64,000 bases of DNA from Leidyana gryllorum EB-2025a (GCA_048772705.1 JBLWGC010000104.1:62001-126000); one strand, 5' to 3'. Positions 47,452 through 59,566 are shown, numbered from the stretch's first letter. Notes: generated by a model not told the origin, from the letters alone. Numbers and translations are program-made.

Positions 47452-49019
47452 TCAATAGTGCCATGAAGCCCAGTATCCAATCCCCATAACACACACCAAT
47501 GTTCCCAATACTCCCAGATTTCGCTGCCGTTTGGTCACATTCGGCATCATCCGTCTCAAGGAAGTCAATTTTGTGGTCACCAAACCCTTTGAAGCCTGAC
47601 CTGCTGGCCATCCTTCTCCAGAGATCTCTGCTACCGTCTCTTCCGATTCTAACGCCTCCAACGAGCTGGAAGTCTCACCACTGCTCTCTGTAGTTGTCTC
47701 CACGGCTGCGGTATCAACCCCAAGCATGGTTTTGGTAGTGATGGGTCTGGTTGTTGCTGTGACTGTGATGGGGCTGGGGGGTTTTGTAGAAGCACTCGTT
47801 GCGGTGCTGTTGACCGTGGAGGTTCGCGACCGCGGAAGTCGGTGGGATGTTGATTTTTGAGCCTTGGTACTCTTCACAGTGGTAGCCAGGGTGCTGTCCG
47901 GTTTTGTCGTCCTCGAAACAGAAGGAAGCGATAGAGGAAGGGGTGGGGGTGAGGTGAGCGGGGACGAGGTCACAGTTGTGGTTGTTGGGGTACTGGTGGT
48001 AGTTGGGGTACTGGTGGATGTGCTCGAAGATGGCGGCAGTGTCACCGCCTGTAACATAACAGGGGTCACCGGATGCAGATATGGAATGACAGCGGTGCTC
48101 ACGGGCTGCTGATGGGACAGCACCACAGCTGGAGCCTGTTGCGCAACGAAGGTCGTGCCTTGACTATGCCCCACGTGGGCTCCCGAGTTGGGCGGCCAAA
48201 CAACATTCGGGTTGACTGTCCAGATAGATTGCGGCGCCGGAAGACTCATGCTTTGAACCAACCTTAGGTCTGCAGCTGCGTCAGCCTCCTCACCCGATGG
48301 TCCGGCCGATAATACGTCTTCGGATTGTTCCTCCAAGCTGTCGTGATTCACCCGCGCCTCTAACTCACCCGCTGCCTCAACTCCATCTTGCTTTTGCGAC
48401 TCGGGATCCGCGACGATCAGAGGAACGCCATTTATGCTCTCCACAGACCTTTGAGTGTCTCGAATCTCTGATGATTCCTGCGTCGTGCGATCGTCTTCCG
48501 CATTCGCGCCGAGGCGAGAACCTTCAAGGGAATCTGCTGGAGGTTCCCTGCTTTTTGGTGCCTCCTCCGGTGCAACAGACTCGGTCACCGAGTACAGGAC
48601 AGTCTGAGTGCTCACATCTGGCCGCTGAGTCGTTTCTTCCGTGCCCTTGATCGACGGTACATCCACAATCAGGGTGCTTGACTTGCGTGCTTCGTCTTTT
48701 GCGGTCTGACTTCGAAGCGTGGTCTTCGTCCGTGGTGGGACAGTGGTAGTCTTATTGCCACTCTGAATCAGCCATTAAGCGGAAAGTTCGGTCTGTGTAC
48801 CTTGGAGTCCTTCATGGGGGTTTCAACCACTGTGATGGGCTCGCTTTCTGGCTCCGGTGGTGCCTCTGCAGTGCTAATAACGGCCTGGGCAGCAGGTTGC
48901 TGCTGGTCTTCCGAGGCTTGCATCAGCCCACCACGGGGTTCTTCCGGTGTGATGGCGACATCCTGCGCAGCTACTGCGCATACAAGAGCAATAATGACAG
49001 CGATCGCGCACGTTCGCAT
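47452..49019 (-). CDS. Mucin-like T/S/P-rich surface protein with a C-terminal hydrophobic anchor
   Basis: Signal peptide MRTCAIAVIIALVCAVAA; one intron; long T/S/P tracts; ends LGVLGTLVCVMGIGYWASWHY. Confidence 0.8.
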
Positions 49020-49055
49020 CGTGTTCGATGGACACACGCTGTGTCTCGGAAGTGG

Positions 49056-49413
49056 TTAAAACCGGCGCTTCCGCTTATCCCGGGCTCGCAAGATGCTTAG
49101 TACGGCCAAGGCGACCGTGAGAATGAGTCCGACCCCCAAGCTACAATAATAAACCACATACCCTTCGCTATCTCGGTACCCTTGATGGCCACGGTTCATG
49201 GTTCGATGAGTATATATTTCCCACACGGTTTGGAATAGTGAAAGTCCACCTTCCCGCATGGGAGGGCGGCTGCAGGTGAGTTGAGAGGCGGTGTGTGTCG
49301 GTTTCTCACCGTACTATACGTTTAAGCCTACGTTCCGGAAAGGGTACAAAAGGTAGGTATTGTCCATTGTACCAAGCAGACTGGGGGGGTTTGGGGAGTT
49401 GGTCTAGACGCAT
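49056..49413 (-). CDS. Small tail-anchored membrane protein (~105 aa, 2 exons)
   Basis: ATG 49413 MRLDQLPKPP; a phase-2 GTGAGA...CTGCAG intron joins in frame to ORF 49056-49259, which has TM YVVYYCSLGVGLILTVALAVLSIL and basic tail RARDKRKRRF. Confidence 0.55.
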
Positions 49414-49441
49414 TGTAAAAATTTGCCAAGGGTTCCAAGTA

Positions 49442-50951
49442 ATGAAGCTCCACGTACAGACCCTTGGACGTCAGCAAGGCACTATTGAGGTGGATGAGAA
49501 TACTGAGACCTTTGATGATTTGAGACAGAAGGTTCGAAACCAGTTCCAGTTTAGTCAGGATGCGGATGTGACTTTGATTCATCAATCCAAGATCATCACC
49601 AAGACAGATGCTTTAATCAAGACGATTGAGAAGCTGAAAGATGGCGACCGCGTTGTAGTGATGAAGAAACAAGTAGCGGCCAAGCAGGTGGCTGCCGTGA
49701 ACCAATCGCTTCCGCAAGTGAGTGGTGGCGGACTAAGTGGGGTCGCGGCCCCTCTAACCGTTTCTACCCCCGCTGGGACATTGGCTTCATCGTCTGGCAC
49801 TGCTCCTGTAGCCCAAAGTGGGACTGCCGCTGCAGCACCGGCGGCCGCTCCGGTCCCGACTCCAACTCCAGCTCCTGCTCCAGCGACCTCTGCGTCGGGT
49901 CTGGCTGCTTCCTCCACGAGCGCCTCTGTTCCAGCGGCCTCCGCTGCAGCTGAGTCAAACTCCAGCGCCGGTGGAGTGGCGACTGAGAGTACGGGAGGTG
50001 AAGCTTTGTCTGGCCATAACGCGGCCAATGCACTGGTGATTGGAGAGCAAGCTACCAAGGTGAGTGAAATTTATCGAGTTTGGGCCAATGCCTCCGTCAG
50101 ATGATCGATGATATTACTGCAATGGGCTTTGACCGAGCCCGAGTGGAATTGGCTATGCGGGCTGCGTTCAATAATCCCGATCGCGCCGTAGAGTATCTGA
50201 TGACAGTGAGACTTTAGCCCTGTAGTCCCGTTACCAAATCGACCTTCCCGCAGCGTATCCCGGAAACCCAAGCCAATGTCAGTGGCGGTCTGATGGATCC
50301 TCAAACGAGTGCACCCCCAGGAAGCAACGTGGCTGTATCCGGCTCGAACCCCACAATGCCAATTGGGGGTGAGCAGCCTTTCCCCCAGGCTCCCGTAACA
50401 GTCCCGAACCCGGCTGAGCAGCTCTCGGCTGCCAACCCACAGGCTGTGGCAGAAGACGATTCCAATGGTGACGACGATATGGCGGAAAGCAACTTCTCTG
50501 CAAATGACAATCAAATCCTCCTCCGTCTGCGGGGCCTCTTACAGAGCAATCCTCAATTGGTCCCCGCCGTAATGGAGTCCATCAGCCAGCAAAATCCTGA
50601 ACTGATGCAGCTCCTGACCGAGAATCCCGACCAACTTATTCGAATGCTCCAGGGACCCGTCGAGGGCCAGCCTGACACCGCTGCTGGCAATGAGGATGGG
50701 GAATATGGAACGCACATTGTCAGACTCTCCCAGGAGGAGTTAGACACTGTCAACAGAGTAAGCTGACAATGTCCTCTCTGTTGGTATTACTCGTGCTTCA
50801 GTTGATGGAAATGGGCTTTCCCCGTAACGCTGTGATCCAAGCGTACATTGCTTGCGACCGCAACGAGAATGACACCGCCAACTATCTCTTCGACAACATC
50901 AACGACCTCTTCGACGAGGCTGCAGGCCCCGAGCAACCTCAGCAGCAGTAG
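49442..50951 (+). CDS. RAD23: UV excision repair / proteasome shuttle protein RAD23
   Basis: N-terminal UBL (MKLHVQTL...LIHQSKI), A/P/S linker, UBA1 ([26 protein letters not shown]), XPC-binding ([22 protein letters not shown]) and UBA2 ([27 protein letters not shown]). Confidence 0.95.
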
Positions 50952-50970
50952 GGTTTTCAACTAGAGTGTT

Positions 50971-51422
50971 ATGGAAAAAGAAAGGCGATACTCCCGTATG
51001 ACCGAATTGACAGATAACACCAGCGAATTCTGCAGTTTCAAGATCCATCGATCATGTGATGTACACCTGCTACACGGGCTCTAACTTTGGTCACGACCAA
51101 AAAGATTGAAAGAGTCTTTGAGCATGTGACCTACGACAATGTCCTCAAACCCGTCTTGTGACCGTTCGATCTCCTCACTCCGGTGCTATCATCTTCGCCT
51201 TCACTGATGTGCTGTCCACTCGTCAAAGACCGCGAGTGGAGCGGTGATGGAGTTCAGCTGCGGTGTGCGAAGGAGACACGCGACCTCAGCACACACTTTA
51301 CGGCATCACCAACATTTGATTTGGCGGCTGCTCCAGTCGCCCATTTGACTCTGCGGCGGAGTTCCCAGTTTGCAGCCAGCCAGCAACGATCTTGTAGTTG
51401 TAGGGTTTTTGTAGGCAACTAG
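50971..51422 (+). CDS. Possible small multi-exon gene
   Basis: ATG 19 bp after the RAD23 stop; clean GTATGA...CTGCAG intron; protein-like fragment IERVFEHVTYDNVLKPV; 3' structure not resolved. Confidence 0.3.
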
Positions 51423-51455
51423 TGCGTTCTGAAAAAAGAAAGTGGTGGAGAGAGA

Positions 51456-54400
51456 ATGACCCTGAAACTGGAATGGAAGAAGAAGCTCGTGACACAGACT
51501 GACAGGGTCAAGGCTGTAGACCTCCACCCCACAGAAACTTGGGTGCTCGCTGCTCTATATAAGTGAGGAGGAACCAATTACAATATCAGGACATATTGTT
51601 TGCGTCACTTTGCAGTGGTCAAGTCATCATATATGACTACTCAACACAGAGCCTCACAAAATCGATTGAGGCCTCCTCACAACCCCTACGATGTGGACGG
51701 TTCGTTGCGAGGGAGAACTGGGTCGTTTGTGCAGGTGACGACTTGAAGGTTCGCGTTTACGACTATCTGACGCTGGAGAAGGTACTGTGGGACAATGAGA
51801 TGTGATCGGCTAATTTGGTGTCTGTAACAGGTGACGTCATTCGACGCACATTCGGATTACATCCGGTCCATTGCTGTGCACGCAACTCTGCCGCTCCTAT
51901 TGACAGCTGCAGATGACCTGACGGTTAAGTGTTGGAACTGGGAGAAAGGCTGGGCTCGAGTCCAATCATACGAATCTCACGCCCATTATGTGATGATGGT
52001 AGCCTGGAGTCCCAGAGACCCTCAGCAATTTGCTTCCGCGTCGTTGGATCGTACCATCAAGGTAAAGAATCGTCCACCTTCTGTAACTCACCTGCCCTTC
52101 CCACCTAATGACAACACTTCATTTGCCTCCCTTATCAGGTTTGGTCCGTTCCAGCGGTCGGAGCGTCGAATGTGGCACCAATCCAGTACAGCCCGGATTT
52201 CACTCTCTCTGGTCACGAGCGGGGTGTGAACAGTATTGCATACGCATTGGGGTAAGAGCCGACGCTCGCAGTGCCAAGTTGTACGCTAACGTCTCTTTCT
52301 CATTGCAGCGACAAGCCGTATCTGATCAGTGGCAGTGATGATATGACCATTCGTGTATGGGACTACCATTCACGCCAGTGCCTGCAGATCTTGTCGGGCC
52401 ACAGCAAGAATGTGTGTCATGCCGTCTTCCATCCTTATCTGCCGTTGATCATATCGTGCAGTGAGGACGGGACAATGATGGTGTGGAACAGCACGACATA
52501 TAGAGAGGAAAACATTCAGTTGTATGATGCTGGGCGTCTATGGGGTATTTCCATCAAGAACAACAGTAATGATATTGCTGTTGCTACGGATGACGGTACA
52601 TTGGTGATTGCCATTGGTAACGAGAAACCGGTTATCACGATGTATCAAGGCAAACTGTTGTATGTGAAGGGTGTCGAAATCTACATGACAAATGTTCGCA
52701 CGTGTGCGAACGCTTACGGCAGCAATGATGATGGTCCGCCAGATGGCGAGAAGTTGCTTCTGAGTGTCAAAGAAGTAGGCAGTGTTGGATTGTATCCCCA
52801 ATCCATCTCGTATAATCCTTCTAACGGTCGTTTGGTGTCGGTGTGTGGTGACGGCGAGTACTCGATTCTGACTGCCCAAGCTTTGCGTAACAAGGCCTAC
52901 GGAGAAGGATTTGACATTGTGTGGAGTATCGATGGGCAGAACTATGCGATTCGCGAACTTGATGGACGAATTCGTGTGTACTACGACTTCAACGAGCTGA
53001 TTAACTTCAAGCCGAGTTTTAATACTAAGGATCTGCACGGAAACGGGCCTCTGTTATGTCTTAACAGCGGTGAATTCATCTGCTTCTATGATTGGGGCAC
53101 CACAAGATTCATTAGACGGATTGATGTATCACAATTCACCGGGCTATATTGGAACGACTCGGGTAGTCGTGTGTGTGTGGCGACTACGGATGGTTTTTAT
53201 GTGCTCAAGTACGACACACATTTAGTGCAGACGACGATAGTCACCAACCAGCCCGAGACTGACGATGGTATTGAGGCGGCGTTTGAGTTGATGGAAGATT
53301 GCATCTCGGAGAACATTATCAGTGGTCTCTGGGTTCAAGAGGAGTGTTTCATCTATGTGACGAACGAGTTACGGCTGCAGATTTATGTGGCAGGGCAGAC
53401 TGACACTCTGGCCTTCTTGCCGAACAAGCAGTATCTGTTGGGCTATTTGCCGGAAACATCTCGATTCTACCTGTCAGATCGAGACATCAACATTACCAGT
53501 TACCGTCTGAGTCTTCCGTACATTCAATTCCAATCGCAGTTGGCCCAAGGCAACATTGCCCGAGCTGAGGAGATACTCCGAACGCAAGTTCCTGAAGCCA
53601 TGTACGAGAAGGCGTCCAAGTTTTTGGCGCAGAAGAACTACAAGTCTTTGGCTTTTGAGTATACTAAGGACCAAGACATCAAATTCGATTTGGCTCTGTC
53701 TATGGGGGATCTCAAGGCCGCTTCCGACATTGTGACGGAAATGGAGAGAGAGAACACGAGACATAAAAGATTGGTCAGAGCGAAATGGACTGCTTTGGGT
53801 GACGTCGCTTTTGGTGTGGGTGAGTTCGATTTGGCTCGTCGGTCCTACGAGAAAGGTCACGACACCAAGGCTCTGCTCCTGATGGGCACCACTCTGGGTG
53901 ATCCCGAGTTGGTGAGAGCCGCCCGACTTCAGGACTTCCAACCGAATGTGTGTTTCGTCGCGGATCTGTTGCTGCACGAGCTGGAAGATTGTGTTGATGT
54001 AAGTTCGCGCAAACTGTGTCGCAATCGACTTCTCTCGACCATTGCAGCTGTTGGTTGAGGACAATGGGAAGGCAGACGCGATGCTGTTTGCGCGATCCTT
54101 CAAGCCCTCGCTGCTCTCAGAGCAGGCCAAGCCGTGGATCGAGAGCATCAAAGAGATGAATACTCATTATGCCTCACGAATAGCCCTACCGCTGGAACAG
54201 GCCGAGACCGAAAAGTTCTTCCCACACCTCCCGGCCCAACTGGAATTGGAGACACTCTTTGTGGAATTCGAAAACACGCATGAGAGATCGGGACTAAAGT
54301 ATCGCGAATGGAAGAACTTTGCCGAATATGACTTTGTCGCCGAGTTCAACGAGTTGGGGGCTGAACAGTTGAAGGAGGCGCTCGCAAGTGTGGAGACCAC

Positions 54401-54605
54401 CGATGAGATCGACGGAGAACCGGAAGTCGAGGAGGCTCCCAAGCAGACCGACCATCAACCCCTCCTGGAAATGGATCTGGATGCCCCCCAACCTGTTGCC
54501 CCGCGCTTTGAAGAGAGTGCTAACGCTGATCACTCGGCTGTCGAAGAGAGAGCTTCTCTCTATGAAGAAGCCGATGAGGGCTCAAATGACTCAGATCTGT
54601 TGTGA
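51456..54605 (+). CDS. COPB2: Coatomer subunit beta' (WD40)
   Basis: [83 protein letters not shown] and FICFYDW. Confidence 0.95.
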
Positions 54606-54937
54606 GGCATCGAAAACGTTGGTTCCCAGGTTTAGACAAACTTGACAGCAGCTAGTTTGAACTATCTATTTCCAATAACAACAAACCAATCAACGAACAG
54701 CGGAGACGGCGTGTATCCCACCTCTTCACACAAAGCTGACTCAAAATTATCCCTCTTTTGCCTTTACAATATTGTTACTTAAATAGATACTAACTCAATT
54801 TGTTGTTGATCGTTCTAATTATACTGGTGATCGACGTTTGAAGAGTTTTAGTACTCCCATTGGATAACTGGTTTGTGTTGCCAGTTTTTGGTCTGAAACG
54901 CCTAAGTGCTGTTTTTCAGTCTTTGGTATTCAATATC

Positions 54938-56508
54938 ATGATCGACACACGAGTGCCGCCCCTACCGAACATGTCTAAGCTCTCCTCCTCTATTTCTGTC
55001 AAGTCCACTTCTTCTGAGTTGAATAGCTTTCGGACCGATGACTCGAGAGCACACTATACTTCTGCTGCTCTGTACCGAGCCGACTGGCACTTCCACCAAC
55101 AAGACGAACTTGTAACACCTTGCCAGAATCGAAAGAGAACCGACTTCGCCCACTTGCCCCCTACTTCGGAGAATACATCCACCACTGGAAACGAAGCTCG
55201 ACTCTTGTCCGATTTCTGCAATTGGACCGCCAAGTCCTCTCAATCACCGTTGAGCTCATACGAAGGAAGTGTGCCTCCCCCACCTCTCCCGGTCCCCACT
55301 GGTGGTAATAAGAAAACACAGTACCACAAGACCAAAATGTGCCCCTGGCACCGTGAAGGCAAATGCTTCATGGGTTCAGCTTGTAACTATGCTCATTCAC
55401 GCGATGAATTGAGGCCAAAACCTGATCTTTCAAAGACAAAGCTATGTCCTGAGATAATGAAGGTGTGTACACACACGTGTGCTAAATTGCGTGCCAAGTG
55501 TCAAATGAACTCGAAACCCTTGTTGCTGCTGCATTTCGGAACTGCACCTCATTTCGTGTCATTTTCAGGGTCGGCCCTGTACGAGGCCCTGTTGCCGCTT
55601 TGCGCACGACTTTGTGGAACTCCGTGCGACGGCTGCCTTCTTCAAGACCCGTCTCTGCAAGTATTGGCAACGAGGAAACTGTCCTGCGGGGCGCGACTGT
55701 CGACATGCGGTGAGTCCCAGCATTGGGTGGTGAGCGATCTGTCATGATCTGATGACAGCATGGTCGAGATGAGGTTCGGGCACCTGCGATTCCGCCGGCG
55801 GAGCCAATCTCTGGATTGACAGAAACAACCACGGCTTCGTCGGCGAGAGGCGGTTTCAATAGCTCTTCGGGATCCTTTGCTCCGAGTCCACGCAACGGTG
55901 GGCGCAAGCGAGTGGACGGGCTTTATAGTGATGGTTGTTCCACAACGATGATACCGCCTGCTGCAAACCAGTTGCCATCGCCTTCCTTCTTGTCAGCATC
56001 CGCCGCCTCAACACCAAGCCCTAATGGGCGTCGTCAAGGTTTGCCTTCCCTCCAGCAATGCGCTGCCCTATTGAATGGGGGCGGTTGTGGAGGTGATGAG
56101 GGCGCCTTGAACCTGTTGAAGAGCTGGATCAGTCAGGAGGTTGAAAGGCAGGTGCAGATCCGTCAGCAGGCGACCGAGAATTCTGTGAGCGAGGCTGACG
56201 AGACCTGTTTCCTGCCTGCCGATGTGTTGCAAGGACTGAACACAACGACGCCAGCTCACAGTCGTGGCTGGTTGGGTGCCGGTAGATCTCCGGATGCCAC
56301 TACTCAAAGCGGAGCGAGTCCGGCCACGTTTGCAGCAGCGGTACAGTCCCTGGTGGCAAGCACGACAACGTGCGACGACCGCACCCCCACTCATTTGCTC
56401 TTGAAGACCCTCGGTGACCTCTCGGCCACGGCAGGTTGGGGCGCGCCTCCCTCTTCTATATTAGAGAAAGATTTACCTTCGTTCCCCCCAATGCCTACTA
56501 CCTATTGA
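54938..56508 (+). CDS. Triple CCCH zinc-finger RNA-binding protein
   Basis: KTKMCPWHREGKCFMGSACNYAH; KTKLCPEIMK/GRPCTRPCCRFAH; KTRLCKYWQRGNCPAGRDCRHA/H across two introns; low-complexity C-terminus. Confidence 0.9.
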
Positions 56509-56630
56509 ATCATCATTTGAAGTTAGTATTTGAAGTCTTAGCTAATAGGAACCATTTGGTTGTGTTAACGTTTTTGCGAACCGATTAACGATTGAAGAGC
56601 GAAAGATTGATTGATCGACTGATTGCAATC

Positions 56631-57114
56631 TCAGACGTCGAGCGTATTGGCTTCGCCTGTTGGATCGTGATCGTGTACTTGTGAGTGCAGATTGTGCAGA
56701 GTTTTCCGTCGTTTTTGAGGCCTCGCTCTCAGCAATTCTTCATCAGTCCGCGCACGCATCCGTGGCTTTCGAATCTTTGCTAAGCTTATCGCCTCCTCTG
56801 TTCTCAATGGGTGGTGAGGTATGTCACTGGGACTGGCCGGTGGGTGTTTCCGGGGCCGCCCTCGCCTCCGTGGCTGAGATTGGAGCACATTTAAAAGGGA
56901 CCGGGCTTCGGCCAAAGTACTGGGGGGTAGTCTCAATAGGGCTTCTTGTGTCTCCTCTGAGGAGTGGTGGGGGAACATTCAAAGGGAAACAAAGAGGTGG
57001 CTCACTTGGTAACGAGCTGCAGACAATTCTGATGGCCAGATATGCCAAACTGACCGCGAATGCCCGACTTTGCTCACTCTGAGCTCCTAAACCAGGACCC
57101 GCTAGCATATCCAT
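56631..57114 (-). CDS. Small basic protein with an AT-hook motif
   Basis: PRRRGRPRK in ORF 56631-56978; probable first exon from ATG 57114 with a GTGAGC donor. Confidence 0.55.
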
Positions 57115-57182
57115 GATCTCACTGAGTGATGTTCAATTGGCCTTTAACCCCCCCTCTCACACTACTCACTCTGGTACTGGTG

Positions 57183-58460
57183 ATGGAACTGCAAAGGGAC
57201 CACCTTGATACCAACATGATGCGTCGAACGGATTTTGGACCGCACCAACTGATTCATCACTCTCCTCTACTGGGACAGGCATGGGCACGTGACCCTCTGT
57301 CCCAGAGGGTTCAGCTATCTGCCCTGGTGGCACTTCCTCCAACAGTCTTTCCAAAACATTTTGTAGGTCCCCCATATAGCATGCACACCCAAAGCCCCAC
57401 GCCCTGCGTTATTGGCATTGCAGGCACTATAGCCTCCGGCAAGTCCACTGTTGTCACCGCTCTCCACCAACGCTTTCACCCTACTTTCATCATCAATGCC
57501 GATATCATTGCGCACGAGTGTTACGCTCCACGTAAGATGATTCACACCCACGCTCACACACACCACCACTTTCCCCACTGGCCGCTCAACTCGACGCTCT
57601 ACACATTGAATCTGCAGACACACGACTGAATTATTCGTTGGTCCAACTGTTTGGACCACAAATTCGCGACAATGGCGGCGGAATCAATAGGGCAGCGTTG
57701 GCTCGTGAGGTTTTTGCGGATGAGAGCAAGCGCCAAAAGCTGAACGAGCTCGTTTGGCCAGCGGTGGAGGAGTCCGTTTGGCGTAAGATCCAGGAGTTAA
57801 ACTGGGATGAAATCCCAGCTGGATCCTCCAAGCTTTTGACCAGAAGGGTTGTCTTCCTCGAGGCAGCCCTCCTGCTGGAGGCCGGCTGGTGAGTAATCAG
57901 ACTTGGAACTGTGCTTTGTCGGTGTTCGGTCGGGTGATCACTGCTAAAGTTGTAAATCCAAAGTAGACGGTGACGCTGTGTAACCTGGGAGCGATGGTTG
58001 CAGTGCGACTTGATTGTCAGGTGTCTGCGGCACGCACCGGACTGGCGTCTCCATGTGTGTGCTGCTGACTTTCTACACGTGTGGTGTGTCTCCACACCCC
58101 TGTTTATGAGTCTTTGAAGTGAATCTTCAATCGTGTTTCGTCTGACAGGGCCACCAAATGCGACCAGGTGTGGGTTTTAACCTCCGATTTAGCTACAGCA
58201 ATCAAACGGGGCCGCTTGCGAGATATGTCGCCTGAAGCTGTCGAAAATCGATGGAAAAGGCAACGTGACACTCTGGAACTCTCAATGAACCAGGTGAGCG
58301 GCAGCCGTAGCCGATCATCAATTTTGAAACATGACCCCCCCAGATTCAAGACTCCTCACACGAAATAGTGGACACTTCTAATCGGACAGTGGACGATGTT
58401 GTGGGGGTGTTGAGTAAGAGGTTGGAGCAATGCCAGCTGCTGTCTCAAATGAGTGCGTAG
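57183..58460 (+). CDS. Dephospho-CoA kinase (CoaE family); start uncertain (57183 or 57381)
   Basis: VIGIAGTIASGKSTV, INADIIAHE, INRAALAREVF, LNELVWPAV, VFLEAALLLEAGW and CDQVWV. Confidence 0.9.
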
Positions 58461-58499
58461 AAGTTTTTAGTTGAGTGAACAACCTTCCGTCTGTGCGAT

Positions 58500-59472
58500 A
58501 TGGCTCCCAAAAGAGATCCAATTTTGATTGCCGAAATGATGCCCAAGACGACCAATCCTTTGGTCGAGTCAATTCGACGCTCATTGGAAGCTGAGTCTGA
58601 ATCAGGGTCGAACGACGCTCCATTTGAGTCCACTTTACACTTGCGGCTGTCCCGGCAGCCCGCCAATGACAAGAAACCGGACCTCATATATCCTTATGCC
58701 CATCTACCAGCACGCGTTCACACATATAGGTATGCAGTCTATCGACACTGCGAGCGCATACCATGTGCTACCCGCATGGACATCTCCCTCCCCATTGTTG
58801 TTACCTCCCCATTGTCGCTACCTCCCCCCCCTCCCGCTATCCCACAGCATGGATTCTCGAAGTCTCGGACACACACACACACACACGCGTAGTGGTCCCT
58901 GAGACGGGTGGTCTCTTGAGGCGGACAGTGTGTAGAAACTCTCTCTTCTCGACAGAGGATACCCAACGAAAGGGGCAGAGGAGTTAAAGAAGGCTAAGAA
59001 GTGGAAGGTTCAAATAGTACGTGGCATGGGGAAGAATGGTGATCATCAGGGCTTGCTCCATCTATTCAGGTTAACCCGGCATGCGGCTCGCCGCCGTACC
59101 CACTGCCTCAGTTTCCTCAACAGGAAGTATTAGTGAGGGACAAAGGTGGCGACTATAAAGGATCAGCGCCATTAACACTCAATGGGAAGGAGGTGAGAGT
59201 GGTCGGGTGATTGTGATTTATCGTGCTTCTCTTTCAGACTAATAATAATAGCGGTGAAACGTGGCTGGTTGGAGATGAGAAGCCCCGATCGGAGTTCTTC
59301 TTCACGGCTGGGTATAAGGAAGGCTCAGCTGTACGGCTTCAGAAACCGTACACTGAATCTATCTACCGATCAGTCATTAGCGGTGAGTGCCCCCAGCGAT
59401 AAGTGAGGATCCATTTATTATCCTATAGGGACTCCTGTACCTGTGAAAGTCGTGAAAACGTCAATCTCCTGA
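58500..59472 (+). CDS. Hypothetical multi-exon protein
   Basis: ATG 58500 MAPKRDPIL; several consensus GT-AG introns; ends PVKVVKTSIS; no recognised domain. Confidence 0.55.
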
Positions 59473-59566
59473 TGAGCCTTTTTAGTCGGTAGAATCTCCA
59501 TTACCATCGAAACCTCTCTGCCACGATTTGATCGAATCCGCTTGAGAAAAAATTTGAGCTCCCAAC

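Noticed and set aside
51200-51250. Canonical eukaryotic SECIS element
   Set aside because: The core is preceded by C rather than A/G, the core-to-AAA distance is about 16 nt, it is not in the 3' UTR of a recognisable selenoprotein, and CTGAT could be an intron branch point; kept only as a low-interest lead
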